This document shows, piece by piece, positions 16,683-25,003 of a DNA stretch of 64,000 bases. The position numbers and the translations under genes are program-made. Origin of the DNA: Kiritimatiellia bacterium (lineage in GTDB: Bacteria; Verrucomicrobiota; Kiritimatiellia; RFP12; UBA1067); NCBI GenBank assembly GCA_045617985.1, contig JAZLJP010000052.1, forward strand, positions 10,327 through 74,326, in the 5' to 3' direction. The notes below the pieces were generated by a model. It had not been told where the DNA came from, ran no database searches, and was given only the letters and a program-made list of their open reading frames with translations. Every line of letters starts with the position of its first letter. Position 1 is the stretch's first letter.

Positions 16683-17978
16683 CTACTCCGCGAGGCCCGG
16701 GAAATCGAGCGTGGCGAAATAGTCCGCCAAGGTCTCCGCCCGGCGGATGAGCTTGAAGGTACCGTCCGTTTGCAACAGGAATTCGGCGCTCCGGAGCTTG
16801 CCGTTATACTGGAAGCCCATCGCGTGCCCATGCGCGCCCGCATCGTGAAGAACGACGAGGTCGCCCGGCTCGACGGCGGGGATGGCGCGGTCGATCGAAA
16901 ACTTGTCGTTGTTCTCGCAGAGCGACCCCGTGACGTCGCATGTCATGAGCGGCACCGCCGGCGTCTCGCCCGGGAAGTTGTAAGTCGTTCCCGCCGCGCC
17001 GTATTTCGGCACGGAGATATGGTGGTACGCGCCATAGAGCGCGGGCCGCATCAGGTTCGCCATGCAGGCGTCGAGCCCCACGTAGGTCTTGTAGGTGCGC
17101 TTCACATGCCGCACGCGCGAAACGAGATACCCGTAGGGCCCCGTGATGCAGCGCCCGCACTCCATGTAGAGCTTGAGATCGGGATGGCCCTTCGCCTTGA
17201 GATGCGACTGATAGGCCGCCTCGATGCCCGCGCCGATCTTTTCAAGCGGCTGCTCCACCTGTTCGGGCTTGTAGGGAATGCCGATGCCGCCGCCGATGTT
17301 CACGAAGTCGAACGTGATGCCCACCTTCGCGGAAATCTCGCACACGAGATCGAAGAGCAGACTCGCCGTATCGATGATGTATTGCGGATCAAGTTCGTTC
17401 GACGCCACCATCGTATGAAGGCCGAAGCGCTTCACGCCCTTCGCCTTCATCCGCGCGTAGGCCTCGAAGAGCTGCTCCGTGGTAAACCCGTACTTCGCCT
17501 CTTCGGGCTTGCCGATGATGGCGTTGCCGCCCTTGAGGGGACCCGGGTTCCAACGGCAGCAAAGGAGCTCCGGCAACTTGCCGCCGAGGCTCTTCTCAAG
17601 GAAGTCGAGGTGCGTCGTGTCGTCGAGATTGATGATCGCCCCGAGCTCGTACGCCTTCTGGAACTCCGCCGCAGGCGTATCGTTCGACGTGAACATGATG
17701 CTTTCGCCCACATTCCCCACGGCTTGGGAAAGAACGAGCTCCGCCATCGACGAGCAGTCGCACCCGAAACCCTCCCCGCGTAGAAGCGCGAGAAGATGCG
17801 GGTTTGGCGCCGCCTTGACGGCGAAGTATTCGTGGAAGCCCTTGTTCCAGGCGAACGCGGCCTTCAAACGGCGCGCGTTCGCGAGAATCGCCGCCTCGTC
17901 GTAGATATGGAACGGCGTGGGGAAAGTCTCGGCGAGGTGCTCGAGTTGTTCGAGCGTGAACGGAAGCGATTTCATCAA
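16683..17978 (-). CDS. lysA: Diaminopimelate decarboxylase
   Basis: FPTPFHIYDE, YFAVKAAPNP (PLP lysine), NIGGGIGIPY, ECGRCITGPYG, GSLCENND, HDAGAHGHAMGFQYNGK. Confidence 0.92.
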   Translation of the reverse strand: MMKSLPFTLEQLEHLAETFPTPFHIYDEAAILANARRLKAAFAWNKGFHEYFAVKAAPNPHLLALLRGEGFGCDCSSMAELVLSQAVGNVGESIMFTSNDTPAAEFQKAYELGAIINLDDTTHLDFLEKSLGGKLPELLCCRWNPGPLKGGNAIIGKPEEAKYGFTTEQLFEAYARMKAKGVKRFGLHTMVASNELDPQYIIDTASLLFDLVCEISAKVGITFDFVNIGGGIGIPYKPEQVEQPLEKIGAGIEAAYQSHLKAKGHPDLKLYMECGRCITGPYGYLVSRVRHVKRTYKTYVGLDACMANLMRPALYGAYHHISVPKYGAAGTTYNFPGETPAVPLMTCDVTGSLCENNDKFSIDRAIPAVEPGDLVVLHDAGAHGHAMGFQYNGKLRSAEFLLQTDGTFKLIRRAETLADYFATLDFPGLAE

Positions 17979-20900
17979 TTAGAGTCCTTTACGCGTCAGA
18001 TGATAGGTGCCCGGCGCATACGTGCGCGAGGTCGTCTCGCCCGGAAGCGTCACCGAAGCCGTGGCGCCGGCCGGCACCGTGAAGTCCCACACCCAGGTCT
18101 CGCCCTCGTAGCGCCACGCGCTCGAAACAACGCCCTGGCGGGTCTTGTAGGACGCCTTCACGAACCCGAGGCGACGATCCGGTTTCGGTGCCATCACGAT
18201 GTTCTTGAAACCCGGCGCCCTCGGATCGGCGGCAATCCCGGCCGCGCTCTTGTAGATCCACGCGAGCACCGCGCCGTAGGCGTAGTGGTTGAACGAGTTC
18301 ATGCCCACCGGCCCGAAGCCCGTATCCTTGCGGTAGCTGTTCCAGCGTTCCCAGATCGTGGTTGCGCCCTGATCGACCGAATAGAGCCAGCTCGGATTCT
18401 TGTGCTGGAGGAGGAGCGTGTAGGCCATGTCCGCCATGCCGTTCGCCGTGAGCGTATCCATGAGGATGGAGGTGCCCAGGAAGCCGGTCTGCAGGCAGTC
18501 GCCGTGATCGGCGAAGTTCTTGCGCAAAAGCGCGATCGTCTTCGCCTTCGCCTCGCCCTCCACAAGGCCGAGCTTGAGCGCGAAGAGGGCCGGCGTTTGC
18601 ATGTCGCGGAGAAGCGGCATGATGAGCCCTTCCGGCGGCATGAAGAAGCGGCCCTTCAAATAGGCCTTCGCCCGCGCCGCCATCCGGGTGTACTTCGCCG
18701 CGTCCCTGCCCGTGGCCGCCGCCATTTCGGCCATCATCTGGGCATCCCACATCCAGTAGCACGCACCGAGGTAATCCCAGTAGGTGAACGCATCGGGACG
18801 GTTCTTGCCGTTGATGCCGCCACCGCAGCTTTCGAGCTTTTCATAGCTCAGCCAGTCGGCCCACTGGTAGTTCTGGCATTCGCCGGCAATGGCCGTATGC
18901 TCGTACTTCGTTTCGTTGCACCGCGCCAGATACTTCTCCATCGCCGCCCAGTTCTCGTTCACGATCGCCGTGTCGTTGAACTGCTTCCACACCTGGTAGG
19001 GCACGATCACGCCGGCATCGGCCCACCCCAGGCGCATCGCCGAGTTGCCGTACTGGCCGCGGGGGGCGACCCCGGGGAAGCCGCCGAGCACGTGCTGCGA
19101 GTCGCGCATGTCGCGCATCCATTTGTGGAAGAAGCGCGAGGTGTCGGCATTGAAGGTGCCGGCTTCCGCAAAGACCTGCGTATCGGCCGTCCACCCCAGG
19201 CGCTCGTTGCGCTGCGGGCAGTCCGTCGGCACGGAGAGGTAGTTGGAAAGCTGGCCCCAGTAGACATTCGCGATGAGGCGGGTGACGTCCTTCACGCCCG
19301 TCTCGATCGAGCCGAGCTCCATCTCCTTCGTGATGGAGGTCACCGGCACGCTCTCAACCGTGAGGGCCACGGCGTCCGTCGCCGTGATGGAAATATAGCG
19401 ATAGCCGAAGAAGGTGAAGCGCGGATAGTAGTCCGCCTTGCCGTCGGCAAACGTATAGACCGAGCGCATGCCCGTGTTGGGCATCCGGAGGTTCAAGCGG
19501 TAGAGCGAGCCCGCAGGGCCGTCATTGCCGCGGCGGCGTTCGCCGTTCGCGTCGTTGAGCATTTCGCCCGGAAGGCAGGTGAGCACCGTACCGGCCTTCG
19601 CCTCGGCGCGGAAGTGCGGCACGGCGGCGGCGTTCTGCCCGAAGTCCACAACGAGCGTCTCGCCGGGCGTCACGCGCAGCGTCTCGCCGGGCTTGAAGAC
19701 GCGCGTCTTCACCACCTTGCCGAAGACGTCCTTTGCCGCCCCCGTCACGCCCTTCCAGCAATACGCCTCCACGGGCTTCATCGCCAGATCGAACCGGCGC
19801 ACGATTTCCGCGCCTTCGTTCGGGAACACATCGCCCTTGAAGCCGTCATACGCAACCGCCGGCTTGAAGGAGGAGAGCCCGAGAAGCGGCGAGGCGATGC
19901 GCGCATCGTAGAGCTCGCCGTCGAAAATGCCCGCACGCGTCACCGGGCCGCCCACGCCGGCCGTCCAATCCGCGGGATTCGTCGTACGCACCTCGCGCCG
20001 CCCATCGGCATACTCGATGAGGAGTTCGCCGCGGAAGGCGCTCTTCGAGCCGGCGTAGTGCACGATCTTGTCGCGCCACCAACCCGCCGAGACTTCGGCC
20101 GCGAGCGTGTTCCGAGCGCCAGGCGCGGCCTTCAATTCCTTCGTCACGTCATAGACGAAGTAATGCTTCGTTTTCACGGCATGCGTGAAACCCGGCTTGA
20201 GCGCCTGTTCGCCGCCCACGCGCGTGCCGTTCACATACACTTCGAAAACACCCAGGCCCGCCACGCACCATTCGGCCTTCTTGATCTCGCCCGCGTTCGT
20301 GAAGGAACTCGCAAACCAGCTCGTTCCCGAAGCCGAAATCTGCGCCCGGCGCTCCGCATCGTTCGCGACCGGCGCCTCCGCCGCCGCGATCCACGTGCTC
20401 GTGTAGGGCCGAACGCCCGCGATGTCGCGCAGGCGCGGTGCGGCCTGGCGCACGCCTTCGGCGCACAACCCCCACGGCGAAACACCGTAGAGGCCGGCCA
20501 CCGAAGGCTTGACAAAGCTCTGGCCATCCAGCGAGACTTGCCAATCGAGGTCGTTCGTCTTGAACGTGCGCACCGCGCCGGCCGCATCCGCAAGCTCGAG
20601 AGCCGCGATGAAACCGGCGCGATTATCCACATTGAAGCCTTCGACTTCGATCAGGTTCTTGCCCGCCTTCACGACGCCGCCGAAATCCCACACCACCGTG
20701 GGCGTACGCCAGTCGTCGTTACCCGTACCCTGCTTGGCAACGTCCTTTCCGTTCACACGCACCACGGCGCCGTTGTCGCACGCGAAGATGAGCTGCGCGC
20801 GCGAGAGGGCCGCCGGCGCCTCGAAGGAGGCGCTGAGGAACACTTTGCAATTTCCGCGTTCCCCGTTCGGATGCCAGATCCACTGGGCACCGGCGAGCGA

Positions 20901-20996
20901 CGCGGTGGGCGCCGGCGCTGTACCCGCCACCGAAGCGGCGAGCGAGGCGAGCGCCAGGGTGAAAGTCAAAACCTTGCCAATCAGGAGCGTCTTCAT
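17979..20996 (-). CDS. Alpha-L-rhamnosidase-like GH78 with an extra N-terminal beta-sandwich domain
   Basis: Signal peptide; VVDFGQNAA; YYPRFTFFGYRY; SVPTDCPQRNERLGWTAD; GATTIWERWNS; MNSFNHYAYGAV. Confidence 0.9.
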   Translation of the reverse strand: MKTLLIGKVLTFTLALASLAASVAGTAPAPTASLAGAQWIWHPNGERGNCKVFLSASFEAPAALSRAQLIFACDNGAVVRVNGKDVAKQGTGNDDWRTPTVVWDFGGVVKAGKNLIEVEGFNVDNRAGFIAALELADAAGAVRTFKTNDLDWQVSLDGQSFVKPSVAGLYGVSPWGLCAEGVRQAAPRLRDIAGVRPYTSTWIAAAEAPVANDAERRAQISASGTSWFASSFTNAGEIKKAEWCVAGLGVFEVYVNGTRVGGEQALKPGFTHAVKTKHYFVYDVTKELKAAPGARNTLAAEVSAGWWRDKIVHYAGSKSAFRGELLIEYADGRREVRTTNPADWTAGVGGPVTRAGIFDGELYDARIASPLLGLSSFKPAVAYDGFKGDVFPNEGAEIVRRFDLAMKPVEAYCWKGVTGAAKDVFGKVVKTRVFKPGETLRVTPGETLVVDFGQNAAAVPHFRAEAKAGTVLTCLPGEMLNDANGERRRGNDGPAGSLYRLNLRMPNTGMRSVYTFADGKADYYPRFTFFGYRYISITATDAVALTVESVPVTSITKEMELGSIETGVKDVTRLIANVYWGQLSNYLSVPTDCPQRNERLGWTADTQVFAEAGTFNADTSRFFHKWMRDMRDSQHVLGGFPGVAPRGQYGNSAMRLGWADAGVIVPYQVWKQFNDTAIVNENWAAMEKYLARCNETKYEHTAIAGECQNYQWADWLSYEKLESCGGGINGKNRPDAFTYWDYLGACYWMWDAQMMAEMAAATGRDAAKYTRMAARAKAYLKGRFFMPPEGLIMPLLRDMQTPALFALKLGLVEGEAKAKTIALLRKNFADHGDCLQTGFLGTSILMDTLTANGMADMAYTLLLQHKNPSWLYSVDQGATTIWERWNSYRKDTGFGPVGMNSFNHYAYGAVLAWIYKSAAGIAADPRAPGFKNIVMAPKPDRRLGFVKASYKTRQGVVSSAWRYEGETWVWDFTVPAGATASVTLPGETTSRTYAPGTYHLTRKGL

Positions 20997-21011
20997 AATG
21001 CCTTTCGAAAA

Positions 21012-22361
21012 TTAGAAGCCAAGCGGCGCACCGAAGGTCGCCTTGTTCGCCGTCTTCACATTCTTGTCAAACCCACGCCACGGACGGCCCGGGAGAGCCC
21101 ATTCGTTGTCGGCCAGAGCCGGCATCGCCACTTCGCCCTTCTCGAAGTCCGCCGGGCGCGGAATGCAGTCCATGTTGTAGTACTTGCTGTTCGTATCCGT
21201 GAGGATCGACGCGAGCGAGATGATCTGGCCCGTGTAGCACGACATACGGCCGATCACGCCGCAGGCCGTGGACATCGCGCACGCTTCGCCTTCGTTGAAA
21301 TACGGCCCCGTCTTCATGATCGAGCGGAGGAGATCGTAGTGCTCGATATCGTAGGGGTTGCCATCGCGGAAGTCGCCCTTGAGCTCGATGCGCTTGCCGT
21401 CGAGGCCCTTCACGGAATGGCCCGCCGCGATGATGGAATCCTTCGTGCGGAACACTTCGCACACGCCGCCGCCCGAGCAGCCGTCGATCTGACGGCACAT
21501 CGAGTGGATGTGCACGCCTTCGCCGTAGTCGAAGTCGATGCCGAAGAAGTCGTACTGGTTGCCGCTCAAACGGCGCGCACGCGCGCCGAAACCGAGCGCG
21601 CTCTTCGGATAGCGCCCGAGGTACCAGTTCGCGATATCGATGTTGTGCACGTGCTGCTCGCAGATGTGGTCGCCGGAAAGTTCGGTGAAGTTGAGCCAGT
21701 TCTTGCAGAGGTAGGAGGCGTTCGACTCGCCCGCGTCGCGATTCTTCACCCACGGCACGGCGCCGTTCCAATACACGTTGCCGCCGAGAATCGGGCTCAC
21801 GAGGCCCTTCTGCAGCGCGTCCGCGATGAGGCGGTAGCCGCGCTGATGGCGCCGCTGCGTGCCGCACACGATCGTGAGGCCCTTCTTCGCCGCAAGGCGC
21901 GAGGCCTCGATCATGAGACGGCAGCCCGCGCCGTCCACCGCCACGCCCTTTTCGGCGAACACGTGCTTGCCCGCCTGAACGGCGGCCATCGTGTGGATCG
22001 GGCGGAAGTTGAGCGGCGTCGTGAGAATCACGATGTCCGCATCGCTTTCCATCACCTTCTTGTAACCGTTCGCACCGCCGAACGCATACTTGACGTCAAG
22101 GCCGTACTTCGTGGCAACGCTCTCCGCCTTCTCGAAGAAATAGTCGGCCGCCGCCACCACCTTGATTTCGACGTTGCACCCTTCGGCGCACAGCATCTTC
22201 GCCGCCGTGAAGATGTTGGCGAGCGCGCCGTTGCCGCGGCCGCCGCAACCGACGATGCCGACCTTGAAAACGCGCTTGGCGCCTTCGGCCTTGAGGATCG
22301 ACGGCACACCCACGGCGCCTGCGAACAGCGCCGAACTCTTGATGAAGTCTTTACGAGTCAT
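21012..22361 (-). CDS. Tat-exported Gfo/Idh/MocA-family oxidoreductase
   Basis: MTRKDFIKSS signal; GIVGCGGRGNG; HVFAEKG; GTQRRH; GDHICEQHVHNID. Confidence 0.88.
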   Translation of the reverse strand: MTRKDFIKSSALFAGAVGVPSILKAEGAKRVFKVGIVGCGGRGNGALANIFTAAKMLCAEGCNVEIKVVAAADYFFEKAESVATKYGLDVKYAFGGANGYKKVMESDADIVILTTPLNFRPIHTMAAVQAGKHVFAEKGVAVDGAGCRLMIEASRLAAKKGLTIVCGTQRRHQRGYRLIADALQKGLVSPILGGNVYWNGAVPWVKNRDAGESNASYLCKNWLNFTELSGDHICEQHVHNIDIANWYLGRYPKSALGFGARARRLSGNQYDFFGIDFDYGEGVHIHSMCRQIDGCSGGGVCEVFRTKDSIIAAGHSVKGLDGKRIELKGDFRDGNPYDIEHYDLLRSIMKTGPYFNEGEACAMSTACGVIGRMSCYTGQIISLASILTDTNSKYYNMDCIPRPADFEKGEVAMPALADNEWALPGRPWRGFDKNVKTANKATFGAPLGF

Positions 22362-22413
22362 TTTGTTTTTCCTTTTTTTGAAATCGGTTCTACGGAATTC
22401 CGGCCACCCGGCC

Positions 22414-22462
22414 TTCATTCCACACTTTCCATTCTACGTTTTACATTCTACATTCGGCATTC
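22414..22462. repeat. Seven degenerate heptamer tandem repeats (tacattc-like)
   Basis: ttcattc cacactt tccattc tacgttt tacattc tacattc ggcattc, right after the stop codon of 22466-23422. Confidence 0.7.
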
Positions 22463-22465
22463 GAC

Positions 22466-23422
22466 TCACGCCATTTCCCACTGTTCGCGCAGCATCTTCA
22501 CCATGCCCGTGAATACGGCGTGCTTCTGCTCGTTCGTGGGATAGATATCCTTGCCCTTCTCGTTCTTGCCCACGGGAAGGAAACCGGCTTCCACCGACAC
22601 CGCCCCGCGATAGCCGAGGAACTTGAGCGCGCGGAAACCATCCACGTAATTATCGAGCGCACCGTCCGAGCCCGGAATCTTCCGGCGGCCGAGCGAGGCG
22701 ATGTGGACGTGCGTGAGGAGCTTCCCCGCCGAAACGAACGCGCCGAAGAACGACGGCTCTTCCTTCGACATGTGCCAGAAGTCGCCCATCACCGTGCAGC
22801 CCGGCCCGATCTCCTGCGCCATCTTCGCGCCATCCGCCACCTGGCGGAGGAACGGCGTCTCGCGCCGCTGGAGCGGTTCGAGCACGATGGTAGTGCCGCA
22901 CGCGGCCGCCTTCTCGGCGAGGCGCTTGCCGGTGTTCGTAACGAAATCTTCACGCAGCTCCGTGAGGCCCACTTCCGGCTTGCCGCGCGCCGGGCAGATG
23001 ATGAGACCCACGCTCTTCATTTCGCCGAGCACTTCGAGAACGGGGAAGAAGGACTCGACCTCGCGGTCGTTCGCCGCCTTGTCCGCCCGGTCGAACCGGC
23101 TCGGGCCACACGCCGTTGCGAGGAAAAGCTTGCGATTCTTGAGCGAGGCCGCCACCTTGAGGCCCTTGTCCTTGAGCCAACCGAGGCCCGAAGGAATTTC
23201 CACCGCCTGATAGCCGTTCGCCTCGAGATAATCGAGTTTCGCGTTCACGTCGTCAGCCGTCGGAATCAATCCCCACTGAAGGCAGAGGTTCAACTGCGCG
23301 GGCTCCTTCGGAAACGGCAGTTTCGGCAGGCCCTTCTTCTTCGGGCAGTCGTCGGCAAGAGCAGGCATCGCCACGGCCAAACCGGCCAAAGCGCTCCCAG
23401 CAAGAAAATCACGTCGATTCAT
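22466..23422 (-). CDS. Tat-exported sugar phosphate isomerase/epimerase (xylose-isomerase-like TIM barrel)
   Basis: MNRRDFLAG signal; VLEPLQRRE, GDFWHM, HVHIAS, VSVEA metal motifs. Confidence 0.85.
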   Translation of the reverse strand: MNRRDFLAGSALAGLAVAMPALADDCPKKKGLPKLPFPKEPAQLNLCLQWGLIPTADDVNAKLDYLEANGYQAVEIPSGLGWLKDKGLKVAASLKNRKLFLATACGPSRFDRADKAANDREVESFFPVLEVLGEMKSVGLIICPARGKPEVGLTELREDFVTNTGKRLAEKAAACGTTIVLEPLQRRETPFLRQVADGAKMAQEIGPGCTVMGDFWHMSKEEPSFFGAFVSAGKLLTHVHIASLGRRKIPGSDGALDNYVDGFRALKFLGYRGAVSVEAGFLPVGKNEKGKDIYPTNEQKHAVFTGMVKMLREQWEMA

Positions 23423-23453
23423 TCGTTCTCCTTATTTACGGGTTGACTTCTAT

Positions 23454-23482
23454 ATTTTAGCGCAAAACACGCACAAGCGCAA
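23454..23482 (-). promoter_or_regulatory. Putative sigma70-type promoter of the isomerase-oxidoreductase-GH78 operon
   Basis: TTGCGC-17 bp-TAAAAT on the minus strand; AAGGAG RBS upstream of ATG 23422. Confidence 0.55.
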
Positions 23483-23490
23483 GCGAAAGG

Positions 23491-23549
23491 TGCCTGGAGT
23501 TTACCCCATTTTTCGGTCTCCTGTGCACCGAGCGCTCCTGTACCGTGTG
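23491..23549 (-). repeat. Copy B of the conserved ~58-bp intergenic element
   Basis: tgcctggagtttaccccatttttcggtctcctgtgcaccgagcgctcctgtaccgtgtg aligns to 6335-6392. Confidence 0.75.
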
Positions 23550-23550
23550 G

Positions 23551-23582
23551 AATGTTCGAATGCCTGAATGTCCAAATGAAGC
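23551..23582. repeat. Four degenerate octamer tandem repeats (aatgNNNN)
   Basis: aatgttcg aatgcctg aatgtcca aatgaagc. Confidence 0.5.
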
Positions 23583-23662
23583 CCGGTACGACGAGCGTTC
23601 TGTGAACAGGATCGGCTTGATGCGCATTTTATGGTATTGTCGCAAATTTGGAGATGGCGAAA

Positions 23663-23764
23663 CTGGGACAACGGGCATCTTGCCCGTTGGGAATCCACCC
23701 CGCAACGGGCGGGACGCCCGTTGTCCCAGCTTTCCAAGTTTTGCGCCGACGGGCGGGACACCCG
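23663..23764. repeat. REP-like palindrome doublet plus a third degenerate copy
   Basis: caacgggca-tct-tgcccgttg and caacgggcg-gga-cgcccgttg nested in outer inverted repeats ctgggacaacgggc...gcccgttgtcccag (23663-23729); partial gacgggcgggacacccg at 23748-23764. Confidence 0.75.
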
Positions 23765-23774
23765 AACCATCCGC

Positions 23775-23903
23775 CACGGAGGAGACCGCCGCCGCATCCT
23801 CGAACCGCAGTCAAGGCAGTTGGCCCCCATGGCGACGCCGGAAGCGTCCACCTGGGCATAGCCAATAGCATGTCTTAGGGAGCAACGGAGGGCGCTGGAA
23901 CCC
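23775..23903 (-). ncRNA. Putative 6S RNA (ssrS-like)
   Basis: 3' segment CCUUGAcugcGGUUCGAGGaUGCGGCGGC resembles the 6S 3' strand. Predicted rod: ccguugc/gcggcgg, a central bubble, and an apical gacgc-uuccg-gcguc hairpin. Ends are uncertain and the element is shorter than typical 6S. Confidence 0.5.
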
Positions 23904-23914
23904 GGGGGGGGGGG
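23904..23914. repeat. G11 homopolymer tract
   Basis: 11 consecutive G between the BatD-like stop codon and the 6S-like RNA. Confidence 0.85.
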
Positions 23915-23950
23915 ACAATCGCCGGATTTCAAGCGAGCCGGGCCAGAATC

Positions 23951-25003
23951 TCATTTCCGCGCGGGGCACTCGAGCCAGCCGATTGCCTTTTCCGCTTCCA
24001 CCCGCCGCCAGCCATTGACCACGGCAAGTTCCTTGACCGCCGTTCCCGGCGCGAGCGTCGCGACCACCGGCGCCTTCCGCGCCGGCGCGAAACGCAGCAC
24101 CAGCGGGGCTTGAGCCGTAGCGGCCGCCGCCGCAGAGCTCTCCTTTTCCCCGGCAACCGTCACGCTCGTATTCTGCGTGCTCGCCGCCTCGCCGGAGATG
24201 AACACGAGTTTCGGCACGCGCGCCTGCGCCCGTTCGTAGCGCCCCACCCGCGAATTGTAGTAGTCGAACGACACGAGCGGGGCGTTCGTTGCGGCCACCG
24301 TGCGCGGCACGAGAATCTGCGTCCAGGTCACCCGGCCCGGCACACGCGCCACCTCCTTCGGCTCGTACACCTTGAACTCCTTCGAAATGCGCTCGATGCG
24401 CGGCCAGATGTTCGACGGGCAGTAACCGTCATAGACGAGCTCGTAGGTGGCCGTTACAAGATCTCCCGGGCGCACCCGATCCGGCGAGAGCGTCTCCGTG
24501 AGATCGAACTGCCGCCCCACCGCTCCCGAGAACGTGGGCGGCCGCCCCTCTTCCGGCAACGGCTTCACGTTGATTGCGAGCGGCGCGAGCGCCTTGCGGA
24601 AGTTCGTTGAATAGCTTGAGCGAAACGACGTGCCGTTTCCCTGCTCCACCGTCTGCATGCCGCCCACCACCACGTTGAGCGTCGTCTTCATCGGCGCCGT
24701 AAATCGCACCGGCAGGCGATAGGTGTTGTCGGCATACGGCTCAACGGAATCGGCCAGGTACTCGATGTTCGCATTCGGCAGCCCCATCACCTGCTGGATT
24801 TCGAACCGGCTCTTCGAGGTGAAGGTGAACACGAACGCACAGGGAATCCCCACCACGGGATGGGACGGCTCCAGGCGCACCGTACCCGTGAAGGACGGCA
24901 TCTCCTGCCCCCTTCCGCCCAGGTTCATGTGAAAGAACTGCGCCGGCGAAGCGAGCGCCGCGCCCAGCACGAAGAGGCACACAATCACTTTAACGGCGCG
25001 CAT
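23951..25003 (-). CDS. BatD-like protein with C-terminal SH3-like domain
   Basis: Signal peptide; PLAINVKPLPEEGRPPTFSGAVG; VSFDYYNSRVGRYE; LRFAP...VVATLAPG..V...GWRRVE...GW SH3 tail. Confidence 0.7.
   Translation of the reverse strand: MRAVKVIVCLFVLGAALASPAQFFHMNLGGRGQEMPSFTGTVRLEPSHPVVGIPCAFVFTFTSKSRFEIQQVMGLPNANIEYLADSVEPYADNTYRLPVRFTAPMKTTLNVVVGGMQTVEQGNGTSFRSSYSTNFRKALAPLAINVKPLPEEGRPPTFSGAVGRQFDLTETLSPDRVRPGDLVTATYELVYDGYCPSNIWPRIERISKEFKVYEPKEVARVPGRVTWTQILVPRTVAATNAPLVSFDYYNSRVGRYERAQARVPKLVFISGEAASTQNTSVTVAGEKESSAAAAATAQAPLVLRFAPARKAPVVATLAPGTAVKELAVVNGWRRVEAEKAIGWLECPARK

Noticed and set aside
17796-22544. 1582-aa plus-strand ORF and other long plus-strand ORFs (e.g. 4044-6470, 8705-11164, 25002-27137, 27848-29929, 33294-35315)
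   Set aside because: They are antisense shadows of well-supported minus-strand genes in high-GC DNA and carry no recognisable motifs.
23491-23549. Resemblance of the conserved element to a glycine or c-di-GMP riboswitch (CCGAA...AAACUCCAGGCA, GGGCAAAC)
   Set aside because: The GAAGGAGCAA and GGAGAGA cores of the glycine aptamer and the GEMM motif order are absent; left as unknown pending an Rfam search.
23560-23930. tmRNA, SRP or RNase P RNA in the long intergenic region
   Set aside because: No tRNA-like ends, no GGAAGCAGC SRP core and no GAGGAAAGUCC; only 6S-like motifs fit.
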